The notes beneath the pieces were generated by a model. It did not search any database. It had not been told where the DNA came from and saw nothing but the letters and a program-made list of their open reading frames with translations. A stretch of 63,206 nt of DNA, counting the filler, from Diploschistes diacapsis (taxonomy: Eukaryota), in NCBI GenBank assembly GCA_023645945.1. It is 15 parts of 15 records of this genome, joined end to end, with 100 filler letters (N's around TTAATTAATTAA, not from the genome) between each part and the next. Parts side by side here need not be neighbours in the genome. Positions count along the whole stretch, not along the records: positions 1 to 25,312 come from JALAIB010000213.1; 14 more parts are not named here. One strand, given 5' to 3'. The translations under genes and the position numbers were made by a program. Below are positions 1 through 11,921 of the stretch, piece by piece (position 1 is the first letter of the stretch; each line of letters starts with the position of its first letter).

Positions 1-2781
1 CCCCACAAGCCCCTCACCCCGTCCCTCAACCGTCCAGCCTGAATGGCACCCGCTTCGCTCTCCATCCCCGCCACCACCGCCGCCCGTTCCCTCCACGCCG
101 CGACCACCCTCCGCGCCAGATTGACCTTGACCATGCGCCGCACCGCCACATACGCCTCCCTCCTCCTGCCCTTCTTGCTCTCCACCACCGCCCTCCCGAG
201 CGCGCGCAACGAGCGCCTGGCGCGGAAATACCACGCCGCCTCGACGCCCCACCGCTCCAGCTCCGCCTGCCGCTGCGCCGCGGCGTGCCACCCGAGCATT
301 ACTCTCCCCGTCACGCGCGGGCACAGGAACTCATGCGCGCGCTCGCTCAGCCGGACGGTGCTCCGGTACCTTTCGCGCCACCGGTCCAGCGCCGTCGCCA
401 GCACCCGCCTGTCTCTCCCCTGCACGGCCCGTCTCTCGGCCGGGCCCAGCCGCTCATCAAGCTCCCGCTTCCTCTGCACAAGTCGAGCCAGCACGCGCCC
501 CTGCAGCCGCTCCCCGTTCAGCCGCGCGAGCAGCACCCCGCGCTCGGCAAGGACCCACTTGTACAGGGCGTGCAGCGCGAGGCGGTCCGTGATGGCGCGC
601 GCCAGCGTCTCGATGCGCAGGCGGTCGTTCCAGGCGGTCCAGGCGTTGCGCAGGACGCGCTGGTCGCTGACGTGGGTCGCGTGGCGGCGGAGCTTGGTGT
701 GGAAGGACCAGGTCTGGAGGGCGGTGGAGGCGAGGCGGTGGGCTACGAGGGCGGTGGTGCGGCGGAAGGGAGACGAGAGGCGGGATTGGATGCGGAGATG
801 TTGGAGGACGTGCTGGGCGAGGGCGTGGCGGTGGTGGGAGGCGGCGGTTTGGTGGTGGGCGAGCGTTTCTCGGTGGCGCGTGGACCAGGTTTGGAGGGTT
901 CGTTTGTAGAGATAGTATCTGCGGAAGGCGTCGGCGGTTGCGGCTTGCTGCTTCTGGGAGGCCAGAGCCACGGTCCAGCGGCTCAGGGTCTTCTCCCGCA
1001 GTCGATGCTCCTGTAGCTTGGTGGCCCATCTCGCGCAAAAGGCAAAGTACCACCCCCAGTACCACCTCTTCACCGCGGCCCTCCTTTCTACCTCTGCCGC
1101 CACTCTCTTCATACTTTCAATCTCCCCTGCCTTCCCCTTCCACCTCTCAAGCATCCTCCTCATCTGAAACCCCCTCACCTTCGCCTCGTTAACGGCCGTC
1201 ACCTCCCGCCACGCGCTCCAGTACCTCATCCGCACAACCTGCCGTCTCGCCATCTGGCCCCTGTCGCGCTCCTCCGAAGCGCATTGCACCCAGTGCGTGA
1301 ACGCCCTCGTCAGCAGATCCCTGTCCCTGTCCCTCGCGACTCTCTCGCCTATGTGAGCAAAAAAGCGCTCCGTTTCGGCTGCATGTTTACGGACGACCCG
1401 CAGCTGGCGCCACTGATCGAAGGCCTGACGGAGGAGGGCGTGGCGGTCAAAGGCTTCCGCATCCTGGGCCAGACGGAGGTGAGTGGCGTGCGCAGATATG
1501 GCGCGGGTACGCCATTGTTGAAGGAGGGCGCGGGCATGGGAGCGAACGCGGAAGTGGGAAAAGGTGTCGGCGTCGCGAAGGAGCTGTGTTGCCGAGGGGC
1601 GGTAGATGAAGGGTGGAGAGATGGAGCGCGAGGTTCTCTGACTGGATTGGGAGGCGTACTGCCTGTCGGATCGAGAGGTTACGCGACTCGATTGCGTGGG
1701 GTACAGCCTATCGGATAGCGTGGCTTCGCGATCGATAGTGTCCTCATACACTGGGATCTGCTGGACGTGACGTCGCCTGCCCTGGTCCAGGCTCCGCCGA
1801 TTGCGCGCTTTCCGCGTTCTCGGTAGAGGCTTGAGGTTTCTTGAAGATTGTTGCGCATCTGGATGTTCGTTGTAAAATCTTTCATCCCGGGCGACCTGCT
1901 GTCTCATCCTGCTTCGATTCCTGGCCGCCTCGGCTTGAACTTGCTCTCGCTCATACCCACCCGCTCCATTCTCCCGTCGTCCAGCAGCTCCCCTCTTCGT
2001 CCTAAACGGCGTGCTCCCAAACCCCGTCGAATGATCCTGCAACCTCGACACGCTCGCCCTCGAGTCCGCTCTCCTCCTAACCTCCCTCGTACTCTCATCA
2101 TCCGCCTCGAACACGCCACTGAAGCTCGCTCTCCGCTCTCTTCTGCCTCCCATCCACTCGCCGCCGCCCGTCTCGTCGTCGTAGTCGTCGTCCTCCTGCT
2201 CCTGCATTCCTCCACCCCACTTCCCTCCATCCCGTAGAGACTGCTCCGTGTACCCTCCTCCTCCCTCGCCCTCGCGAACCTGCACCTCAGACCCCTCCTC
2301 GCTGCTCCCGAACTCGACCCGGATCCCCAGCTCCCACAACAGCTTCTCGAACTCCTCGAGCAGCGCGCCCTCCTCCACGCTGTCCCGTCGGCCCAGCCTC
2401 TCACCGAGTCGGAACAGGAAGCGCAGATAGACCTGGTCGTGCTGCGCCCGCAGGCCGTGGCGCGCGAGGACGGCGTCGTAGGCGGCGAAGATGGAACGGA
2501 AGGGTAGGTGCGGGAGGGTGGGCGAGAGGGAGGCTGTGGCAATGATTTCGTGGAGGAGGACGACATCTGTTTGTCAGGGGGTGTCAGCAAGAATATGGGA
2601 ACTTGGGGTTGGGAGGGAGAGGGAGAGAGAAGTTGAAGGGGAAGGAGTTGTGGGAGTGCTGGGGCGCACCGTGATTCTGAAGATACGGAAGGTCGGGATG
2701 GAGGGTCGTGGGGTCGGGCGTGAGCTCGTGGTTTTGGAGTTGCTGTGTTGGTCCCGGTATGTAATGGGAGGAGGCAGGCAT
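1..2781 (-). CDS. SFI1: Sfi1 spindle-pole-body centrin-binding protein (3' end truncated by window start); exons 2781-2670 and 2566-<1
   Basis: ATG at 2781; GT-AG intron 2669-2567 with a GCTGAC branch site. Exon 2 reads DVVLLHEIIATASLSPTLPHLPFRSIFAAYDAVLARHGLRAQHDQVYLRFLFRLG, like the N-terminus of filamentous-fungal Sfi1. The same frame later has Trp-spaced helical repeats (LATALDRWRER, VMLGWHAAA, RRVVAAWRER). Frame continuity was only spot-checked. Confidence 0.85.
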
Positions 2782-3186
2782 CGAAAGCAGGAAGCGCGGC
2801 GCATGCTCTTGTTGCTGCGGAGAGGCATCAAGGACGGTTCGTGGCGGGAGAGATGGTCGATTGCAATGGCGCGATGTAGCTATGCGACGGTAGCAAAATC
2901 GTGGAGCAGCATGAGTTTGTGGTAGAAAGCAATGCGAGATGCGAATGCGCTGTATATCAATAGAGGGAGGGGGAGAAATTCTATCGGTTGAAGAGGACGC
3001 GCTTTGTACGGACTCGGCGTGCGTGTTTACGCCAAGCTTTTGTACTGCATTGCTTTAGGTTTAGCGCAGCCGTGAAGAATGGAGAACCCTGCACCAATCA
3101 TTTTCATTCCTAGGGAACATACATTTCGCCATCTCTCTATCTACCAAATCCCTCCCCATTTCTTCCCTCCACCTCTCCTTCCACAA

Positions 3187-3435
3187 ATGCCTCCACGCAC
3201 CCGCCCCATTGAGAAGTTCGCCTCGTGCGTCGCCCAGTGCTCCGCTGAAGCATCCGTGTACGGCAAGTGCATCGTGGCCGACTTCAACGGCGTGCACAAA
3301 GACAAGTGTCTCAAGGAGTTCATGCTGCTGAAGGAGTGCTACATAGTAGGTGCCCTCTACGTTTTTTTCCAAGGAATAAGATTAGAAAGAAGTGCAGGCT
3401 AATGGCAGCAGAGAGTGGCGAAGCGGAAGACGTGA
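3187..3435 (+). CDS. Twin CX9C protein, NDUFAF8-like complex I assembly factor; exons 3187-3345 and 3409/3412-3435
   Basis: MPPRTRPIEKFASCVAQCSAEASVYGKCIVADFNGVHKDKCLKEFMLLKECYI has two CX9C motifs. GTAGGT donor, GCTAAT branch site, CAG acceptor and a short basic last exon. Confidence 0.8.
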
Positions 3436-3548
3436 AGCTCTCTCTCAGCAGTGCTTTTCTTCTAGCGATGCTTTTGATTGGGACATCTCTTATCTACTCT
3501 GGCCTACAGTTGGCTGTTGTTCGATCCCAAGGGATCTAGACAGCTACG

Positions 3549-6500
3549 TCACAGCTTAACCAACCTCAACAAGAACGCCGCCTTCTGCACCTCGTGATAC
3601 TCCTGCGCAATAAGCCCTGGATCCCTCTCTTCCGACTCCGTCTCCCCTCCCACCTTCGTCACGACATGCTTATCCAGGGGCCTCCTCAGCGCCTTCTCGA
3701 ACGACTTCCCTTGCCTTTCAAACACCTCTTCCAGCCCTATATTCTCCGGATCGCTCAGCACCTTGTACTCCATCTTGACGTCGTCCGTGGGCACGAGGTG
3801 CGACGTCTTCCGCATTTTCTGCACCCGGTTGATGATCTCTCGCACCATGCCCTCCTTGGCCAGATCGGGGTAGATTTCGCTGTCCAAAATGATGAGGACG
3901 TCGTCGTCTGTGTTAGTCTCGAGGTTCTTGCTCGACTCGTCTTCCCCGAGGCCGCGCCTCACAATGAGGTCTTCGTCTAGCAGCTCGATCCCGTCGACCG
4001 TTATCTTCTTGTCCTGGACGAATCTGCGCACGTCGTCGCTGGTCAGGCTTGGAAGAGCTTTTTTGACCTTCTGCGCGTCCTTCTTGAGCTTTTTGCCAAG
4101 GATCGGCCAATCGGCGGTGCACCTGTACTGGACATTGTACTTTCCCTCGTCCGATGTGAGAACGAGGTCGTGGATGTTCAGCTCTTCGCAGATCTCAGTT
4201 TCCATAGATTGTAGATCGCCGAGGTAGTCGGAGTTTGGATGTATGACTACGAGAGTCTTCAGCGGCTGCTTGAGGCCAATGGTTTTCCTCTCTCTGCAGA
4301 TTCGGCCTAACTCGATAACTCTCTGCATTCGGCTCACTTTCCTCTCAACCGCTTCGTCGAAGAGCTCCTCTCGTACCTCGGGAAATGGCTGGAAATGTAC
4401 ACTGCGCATGTCTTCACCATGGAGAGATTCGGGTAGATGTTGTACGATGCGTTGGTAGATGGTTTCTGTGAGGAAAGGGGTGAAAGGAGCGAGGGCACGA
4501 ACGAGTGTGTAGAGTACTTCGAAGAGCGTGTTCAGGGCATGCTTGGTATCTTCAACTCCGTACTCGCCTTTTAATCTTCGACGATTGAATCGAATGTACC
4601 AGTTTGTTGTGTTGTCGATGAGCGCAAGTAGTTGCGGCACCACCGTATATAGTCTGTACTCTGCCATCTCCTTGTTGATGAATCTCAACAAACTCTGACA
4701 GCTCGCCAATATCCACCTGTCCATAAGGTTCTTGTTGTGCGGTCCGCTCGATGGGTCGAATACGAACTCTATGTTTTGTACTTTTTTTAGTAGCAATACC
4801 TGGTCTGCGAAGAAGCGGTAGCTGTTCCATAATGGGAGCAAGACCTTCGCAACGGTTTCTTTGACGCCCGACTCCTTGAAACGGAGTGGCTCAGCGCGAA
4901 CGACCGGCGAGTTGATCATGTACAACCGTAATGGATCAGCGCCGTATCTATCCAATATGATAGTCGGGTCTGGGTAGTTTTTCAACCGTTTTGACATCTT
5001 TTTGCCATCTTCCGCCAAAACAATGCCGTTCACAACGCAGTTCTTGAACGGCAGCACACCCCTCAGATGCGTCCCCAAGACCGCCAAGGTGTAGAACCAG
5101 CCTCGAGTTTGATCAATCCCTTCGGCGATGAAGTCGCCTGGGAATGACCTATCGAACTTTTCCTTATTTTCGAAAGGATAATGACCGGAAGCATAGGGCA
5201 TGCTGCCCGACTCGAACCAGCAGTCAAATACTTCGCTAATACGTTTGAGCGGCTTCCCACCCTTCTTGCTGGGAACGGTAATGTCGTCGATCTTGTCCCT
5301 GTGAATGTCGTTGAGCTCCCCTTTGAAGCCACTGAGTTCTTTGAGTTCGGCAACACTTCCTATGCAGACGACCTCCGAGAGATCTTCGTTCGTCCATATC
5401 GGAATAGGGGTGCCCCAGTATCGACTGCGTGAGATATTCCAGTCTCGTGCGGAGGATATCCAATTGGCGAACCGCTTCTCCTTGATGAAGCTAGGAACCC
5501 AGTGCGAACTTTCGATGTTCTCGAGCATCTTGGGTATAACGGGTCCAGTCTTGATGAACCACGACGGGACCGCACGGTAGATAAGGGGCGTATCCGATCT
5601 CCAGCAGAACGGATAACTGTGTGTGATTTGTCCATCAACGACGAGTCGCCCCGCCGCTTTCAGGTGCTTGATAATGGCCTTGTCGGCTGTTTTGACATGC
5701 TGGCCTTCAAAATCCTTGACCTCTTCGGTGAAGCAACCGGCATCATTTACTGGGTTAGGTGGCAAGCGCTTGTCTGAGATAACACCGTTCTGCATTGCAA
5801 CGTTGTAATCAACGTCGCCGAACGCCGGCGCTTGGTGGACTATACCGACACCGGCGTCTGCGGTAACATATGTCGCATTGAGAACCCTAAAACCATGCTC
5901 CTTGAACTGTTCGTAGAAGTAGGGAAACAGCGGCGTGTACTTCCATCCTAGCATATGCGAGCCTTTGAATTTCTCCATAATCCTATACTTGGCCTTCCTT
6001 GGATCTTTGTACAACGTCCTCAACAGCGCTTCCATGAGAACATATATCTTCCCCGACTGCTCATCCTTGAGCTTGACATACTCGAAATCCGCATGCACAG
6101 CGAGCGCCACGTTCGAAGGCAGCGTCCAGGGGGTGGTCGTCCACGCCAGCAGATTGGTCTCTGGGTCTTCCACCAGCGGAAAGCTCACCACCACTGCCGG
6201 ATCCTGTACGTCCTTGTAATTCTGGGCCGCCTCGAAATTGCTAAGCGTAGTATTCAGCGCCGTTGAGAAGGGCATGACCTTGTAGCCCTGGTACACCACG
6301 TCCTTGTCCCACAGCTCCTTGAAAGCCCACCAGCACGACTCCATGAAGGTCACGTTCATCGTCTTGTAGTCGTTATCGAAATCGATCCACCGCCCCAGCC
6401 GCGAGATCGTCTTGCGCCATTCATCCGCATACCGCATGACGATGGCTCGGCATTCTGCATTGTAGCCTGCCAAACCTAGCTTCTCGACGACAGCACTACC

Positions 6501-6791
6501 TGACATGCCGAACTTCTTGTCAATCTCGTGCTCGATGGGCAAGCCATGGGTGTCCCAGCCGAACCTCCTTTCGACGTGGTAGCCCTTCATAGACCAGTAC
6601 CGTGGTATGATGTCTTTGATAGTGGAGGCGAGGAGGTGACCATAGTGCGGTAGACCTGTGGCAAATGGAGGACCATCATAGAATGTAAACGGCGGTCGGT
6701 TTGAAGAAAGCTTGACTTGGTGCTGGAATGCATCGACCTTGTCCCAGAGCTCGAGGACGGTGAGCTCCTCTTTGGGAAAGTCAATGGACAT
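3549..6791 (-). CDS. ILS1: Isoleucyl-tRNA synthetase, cytosolic (intronless)
   Basis: Starts MSIDFPKEE; FYDGPPFATGLPHYGH (HIGH-type motif), GWDTHGLPIE, WTTTPWTLP editing motif, KMSKR. Confidence 0.97.
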   Translation of the reverse strand: MSIDFPKEELTVLELWDKVDAFQHQVKLSSNRPPFTFYDGPPFATGLPHYGHLLASTIKDIIPRYWSMKGYHVERRFGWDTHGLPIEHEIDKKFGMSGSAVVEKLGLAGYNAECRAIVMRYADEWRKTISRLGRWIDFDNDYKTMNVTFMESCWWAFKELWDKDVVYQGYKVMPFSTALNTTLSNFEAAQNYKDVQDPAVVVSFPLVEDPETNLLAWTTTPWTLPSNVALAVHADFEYVKLKDEQSGKIYVLMEALLRTLYKDPRKAKYRIMEKFKGSHMLGWKYTPLFPYFYEQFKEHGFRVLNATYVTADAGVGIVHQAPAFGDVDYNVAMQNGVISDKRLPPNPVNDAGCFTEEVKDFEGQHVKTADKAIIKHLKAAGRLVVDGQITHSYPFCWRSDTPLIYRAVPSWFIKTGPVIPKMLENIESSHWVPSFIKEKRFANWISSARDWNISRSRYWGTPIPIWTNEDLSEVVCIGSVAELKELSGFKGELNDIHRDKIDDITVPSKKGGKPLKRISEVFDCWFESGSMPYASGHYPFENKEKFDRSFPGDFIAEGIDQTRGWFYTLAVLGTHLRGVLPFKNCVVNGIVLAEDGKKMSKRLKNYPDPTIILDRYGADPLRLYMINSPVVRAEPLRFKESGVKETVAKVLLPLWNSYRFFADQVLLLKKVQNIEFVFDPSSGPHNKNLMDRWILASCQSLLRFINKEMAEYRLYTVVPQLLALIDNTTNWYIRFNRRRLKGEYGVEDTKHALNTLFEVLYTLVRALAPFTPFLTETIYQRIVQHLPESLHGEDMRSVHFQPFPEVREELFDEAVERKVSRMQRVIELGRICRERKTIGLKQPLKTLVVIHPNSDYLGDLQSMETEICEELNIHDLVLTSDEGKYNVQYRCTADWPILGKKLKKDAQKVKKALPSLTSDDVRRFVQDKKITVDGIELLDEDLIVRRGLGEDESSKNLETNTDDDVLIILDSEIYPDLAKEGMVREIINRVQKMRKTSHLVPTDDVKMEYKVLSDPENIGLEEVFERQGKSFEKALRRPLDKHVVTKVGGETESEERDPGLIAQEYHEVQKAAFLLRLVKL

Positions 6792-7435
6792 GCTGGAAGT
6801 TTTCCTGCTCTCAAGCCTCTTGGACGCTAAATCAGTGCTATGACTGATTCCTCTGAAAGTCTGATGGAATATTACTTCCCACTGGCTTAAAGTCCACAAT
6901 GAGTCATCGCGCAACTGGGTGGATCTCAACTCATGGCTACTTGGCCCATTGGCCAACAGTGCGAGGACGAAGCTGGGATGAGGAATTAGGCAAGCTGATG
7001 GATAGACCTCTCAAAGCCTGGAAGAACTCCTTCGCTGATGCAGTGATGGTGACGGTTATTTAATTTGCACTATAAGAAAAGGAGGTTTCCGATTTTTGCT
7101 GCCACTACCTCCCCACATTCCCCCACCGTGGTGGGCTGCCCGCATGGTTTCACCGCCTTTGATTCGAGTTATCTACTTTTTACCCGTAAAGGGCAGATTC
7201 ACCAAGTTTGCATGAAAAGATTTCAAGGCAAAGCAGGCAGTTTCAGTACTATTTTTAGTGCTTCGACAAACGCTCTAGGCGTGTTCCAAGGGTATCTACA
7301 ATAACCGCTTGCTAACTCACAGGACCTTTCCCCTAAGCATCTGGCCCAGAGCTGGCTCAGACATTATAAAGATGCTGGTAACATAGAGAATGACACGCAA
7401 TGATGGTGTGGCATCGACTTGCGTCGATCACCGGC

Positions 7436-10400
7436 TTAGCTGGTACCGCTTGTGCTCCTTTTTCCCCACGAGCTGAAGAATCCGACGCTGCTTGTGGATG
7501 GAGTCGACGCCTTCTCTTGTGCTGCAGGAAGGCCCTTGTAGTTCGAGGCTGTAGACGCATTGTGAGAATGACCCGACCCTCGCCCAGTTGCTTGAGACGC
7601 CGCACCACCAACTAATTTGCGTAGCGACTCCAGCTTGGCCTTTACTTCTTCCAATTCTTGACGGGCAACAGCCTCGGCTGTCTTGGCATTCACCAGCTCG
7701 AGCAGTAGCGAGTCTTCTGCTGACTGTTTGTTGGTTTCGGACGAGAGCACTTCCTTCGTCATCAAAGAGGAAACGCGCTTATTGAAGGCAGGTGCTTGGA
7801 CCGAAGCTCGCCCCAGTCTCAATTCCCGAAGCCCACCGGGGCCAGTTGGAGAAACCGCACTGTCCGGTGAAATGGGAGAATCGAGACTAGGATCATGGCT
7901 ACTGGGTCTGCGAACTCTTAGTTCCCTGTTGATCTTCTCCAATCGTTGCTTTTCTCGGTGAGAGTCGGCAATACGCGCTCGTGCTTCACGAAGCTGCTCT
8001 TTGGATGTTGCGACATCTTGTTCACGCTCAGTCACCTGTCTCGACAAATTCGACGATCGTGTGGCCTCTTCGTTATACTGAGCCTTCCACCTTACTACCT
8101 CTTCACGGAGCTGATGCTTTGTTTGTAGAACCAGTGACGAGCGTTTGCCCGTACTCGGGAATTGAGCTTCCAGCTCGGATATCGTGGGTTGGAGAGTCAA
8201 GAGTGAGGGAAACGGCTGAGGCACCGAGTCCGTATCCTCCGTGGGCGGAGGTTCGACGTGAGTTTTCAGAGTGCTGAGTGCCCTTCGAACGACTGAGCGA
8301 TCCTCTTCGCGTTCCTCACGCTCCTTTTGCAGCTCGTTGGAAAGGTTGGCATGCTCGTGTTGAAGGTTGCCCAGTGCTGTCAACAAGTCTTCTATTTGAC
8401 TGTGCAAATCTCGATCATGATTCTGTGACACCCGTGGAACCGGCGCGGTACTGCTGTGACTGAGGCCTTGCTTAAGAGCGACGTCTTCTGGAGAAAGCTC
8501 TTGTGACATTGTCGTAAGAGTGGTAGACGCTGAGCTGTGATGACCCTCGGAACTCTCAACAGAATTTAGTGTCGAGGCCATACTCTGCTTCGAGGGTGTG
8601 CGATTCATCTGAGTCGTTGACTTTGCTGGCATAGTAAGTGTTGGAGCAAGTGGCTTCGGGCCCGACGACGCTCCTGTCCAAAACCGACCAAGAAAGCGAG
8701 ACGCTGCTGTGTGAACGCTGGATTTTGGCTCTATGGCAGCGCTCTGCTGCTTCTCCTTGAAGCTGGTTTCAAGACTCTGCAACCCTTCTCGAGTTACAAG
8801 CCCTGTCCAGCTGCTGAAGTCATTCACCAGATCATCGGCGTTGCAGCCATAAGTATCCCAGAGTCCTCGAGACAGCAGCAGTTGCATTACGTCTTCGAAC
8901 TCCTTGGCGGCCAAGATTTTGTTTGCATTGCGGCGCATCAATGACAGGGCCACACGCATCAGCGTCTCCGATGCGCCTTCGGTCAATATCACGTCATAGA
9001 TCCTAATCAACATGGGGAGCGGACAGGTGACGCCGAAAAAGGAAAGAAACCACTGCGAGAGGTAGAGAGGTTCAACCTTGAGCTTCTCGAGATGAGTATT
9101 CAGTTCGGGCAGATGTTGGGAAAGGAGGTGCTGAAATTGATAGATGCGCAGGTGGAGACCGGCAAGATTTGGAAGAAAGCAAGATCGCAGGTCGTAATGC
9201 TCCATGAGCCTGGTAGATATCAGCATGAAAGCCACAGGGACTGAAACGTACGACATGCCTAACGAGAACGCAGAATGCCTCCTTATCGCCCATATGCATC
9301 AGCAGAGGGCCAACCACGAAGCCTAGGCCTTGGCAGTATCCAATCTCTCGATCCCACAGACTGAATGCATTGAGAACCTTGGACAGCATTCTCTGACCGT
9401 CACCGTTCGGATCACGAAACATGTCCACACCGGGGTAGCTTCGCCCCACATCCTTGTTTATCAATTTCTCATACGGGCTTGATTCGACAGAAAGCCTGAC
9501 GTATTCATCCTCCAGTCGAGGATCTCTTGCGCCAGCAATACTTTGCCAAACAACACCACGAAGCGGAGGCGGGATACCGCTCCGTATCTTGTTTGAAGTC
9601 AGGGTTGGAAGTCTCATGGCCGTCTGGGCGTAATCGCGGACCAAGGCCGACCAAAACTCTAGTTCGGTCATGGGAGGAGGGGTAGGAAGCATGGAATATC
9701 GAAGCGAGGGTTTGGCTGGCTCAATGACGAGTCTTTTGATCTGATGAAGAGAAGGCGGTCTTGAGCGGCTGCGTGCCCTAGAATGACCCAGGCCAGCTTT
9801 CGGGTTCACGGCCAAAGCATTGTTTTCTTTCTCAAGCCGTGCGAGAAGGAAAGCGGTACTCTAGAAACTAGTCAGTATCTGACCCCAGCAGATGCTATAT
9901 CAGAAGCACCTCGTCTGTTGCTCGGTCCCGCTGCTCCTGCTCTTCGTTCTTGTCCAGCTCTTCCCAATCCACCTGCACGCTTCCTGAATCCGAGCTGCCT
10001 GAGCTTTGGCTGCGCGCCCTTGTAGTATGACCTTGCATGTCTCTTTCAAGCCTGTCCATATCCTCAACCGTAATGTTGGAAAAGCTGGATTTTGAGGACG
10101 TTTGGCTCCGCTCCGGCTGGTCTTCGGCAGCCTGGAAGATCATGTTCGAGCCTCTTGACGATGCATCGTCGATGGCCTCCTCCATGTCAAAACGAACTCT
10201 GGAGGCTCGGTACGAGGATGGAATAGAAGTTGATTCAGCTTGTGATTCTTCTTGCGGTGGACGACTTTCTCCAGCTTGTAGAGGAATCCGAACCGGTTCT
10301 GTATCTTTTGCTCCCTCGCCGGAAGACATGGGTTTTTCTACCATGGCCTCCTCTTTGTCTGCCAAGGGGACCTCATCGGCAGCGGAAGCAGGCAGCTCCG

Positions 10401-10545
10401 GGTCATCGGACAGCCTTATGGTAACCATGGAGTCTGAGTGCTCATGCTGAGCCGGTATTGAAGCTTGAAGAGCGTCAACAGGCGTTTCATTGTTGGCCTG
10501 AATTGGATCTGGGTGCTGGAGCGAAGGTTCGGTGGTTGTTGCCAT
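7436..10545 (-). CDS. Rab-GAP TBC-domain protein with C-terminal coiled coil (Gyp5/EVI5-like); exons 10545-9910, 9860-9259, 9209-7436
   Basis: VDWEELDK, STAFLLARLEKENNALAVNPK, GIPPPLRGVVWQS, IxKDVGRS, IGYCQGLGF and SQWFLSFF motifs. Introns at 9909-9861 (GT-AG) and 9258-9210 (GC-AG) restore the frame. Confidence 0.9.
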
Positions 10546-11921
10546 GGATGTCCCTAGGCGGTGGGGTTTGTCCAAAGAAACGCAAATAAAAGAACGAAAG
10601 GGGACCCGGTCCACAGGTCCAAGCCCGCTGAACAATGAACGTCGCGTGTTCTGGGAAGAAGCTACCGCATGAAGCCTCCAGCACTCTTTCAAGGGACGGC
10701 CCAAACTCGTTAGCAACGTCTTTCGAAACGGCTGCGGTGAGGGTATTGGTATGACAGTAGTGAGCGTGTATGAGTGAATGGCTAGCAGAAGTTTCTTGTC
10801 TGCTGATACGGAAAGGAAAGAGGAACTCTCTGAAAGGAATGACAGACTCGGCCTCTTCTCCAACGAGTGAAGGAGTTGGGTGAATGGTGAGAGATGTTTT
10901 GAAGAGTTTTGGTCGATACTAATTAGTAAAGGGTACCAATCAAGCAGTACCACTTGTTCGAAACGGCTCTAAACTGCTCAGAATTCGGTCCCGAACCCTC
11001 TCACTGGACGAGCGATAAAGAGTCTTGGCCGTATTGGGTCTGGACGAGCGGCACCCTGGTCCTTCTGAGTCATCATCCCCTAAATGCGTGTTCAAGTGCT
11101 AGCGCATCTCTTCGTTCTCATGTGAACAGAACTCAAGAAGTGGTATGGTACACTAACGACTGGGCACGCTTGGTGGCTGTATGTCTCATTCCTTAACGGG
11201 AGGAAAGGAATCCCCTATCCAAGTGTATAACTTCAACTTGGGTTGCTTCCATTCACGGCATAAGGAGCTGGCTATTTTACAAATGCAGTAATTATCTTCA
11301 AATCGAAAATTTAATGTGCAACACACAATTCATTCTGCCCTTAATTTCTAGCAACTAAAACATAACTATTAGCATGCTGCATCCGTAACTTGTCCTGGAC
11401 GCCATGCTTTGATTGCTCGGCGTCACACCTTCCAGACTTCGTGATATATCGACCGAGGATGCTCAAACAAGGTCTTAAAGTTATAATCTTTCGGAAATAG
11501 TCTTCCCTTGCTTTTACCTGCGGGAGGGGAACGACCACCGCAACAAGATTTGGCGGACAAGCCGCTTTATCAAGGCCTGCACAAGGCAGAGGATACACTC
11601 CTGCAGAGGGGGACGTAGCTGGAATCCCAATCTTCTTCCAAGCGGAAAGGATGTGTAACGCAGGCGATTGGATAGGCACAGACCGCTGGCCTTCCCCATG
11701 TCTGATTAGGAAAGATGTGAGGAAACACTAGTCTCGCGAACAACCGCGAAAACAATCCGAAAACATTTGTGCTCCTCGTTATGGCACTGGTGGGTGAGTA
11801 ACCGTCAATAGGAAGGACATGGAATGGCTGTCCTCCTTTCTCATGAGCATAAGAGCCATCAATCCTCAGCGTCTTCCTCGCAGTCTTCTTCCAACCCTTC
11901 CTCTGTTTGTCCCTCAGACTC

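Noticed and set aside
43..2925. ORF-track entries such as 43-909, 285-1016, 457-1065 and 1904-2590
   Set aside because: Shadow frames of the GC-rich Sfi1 coding region.
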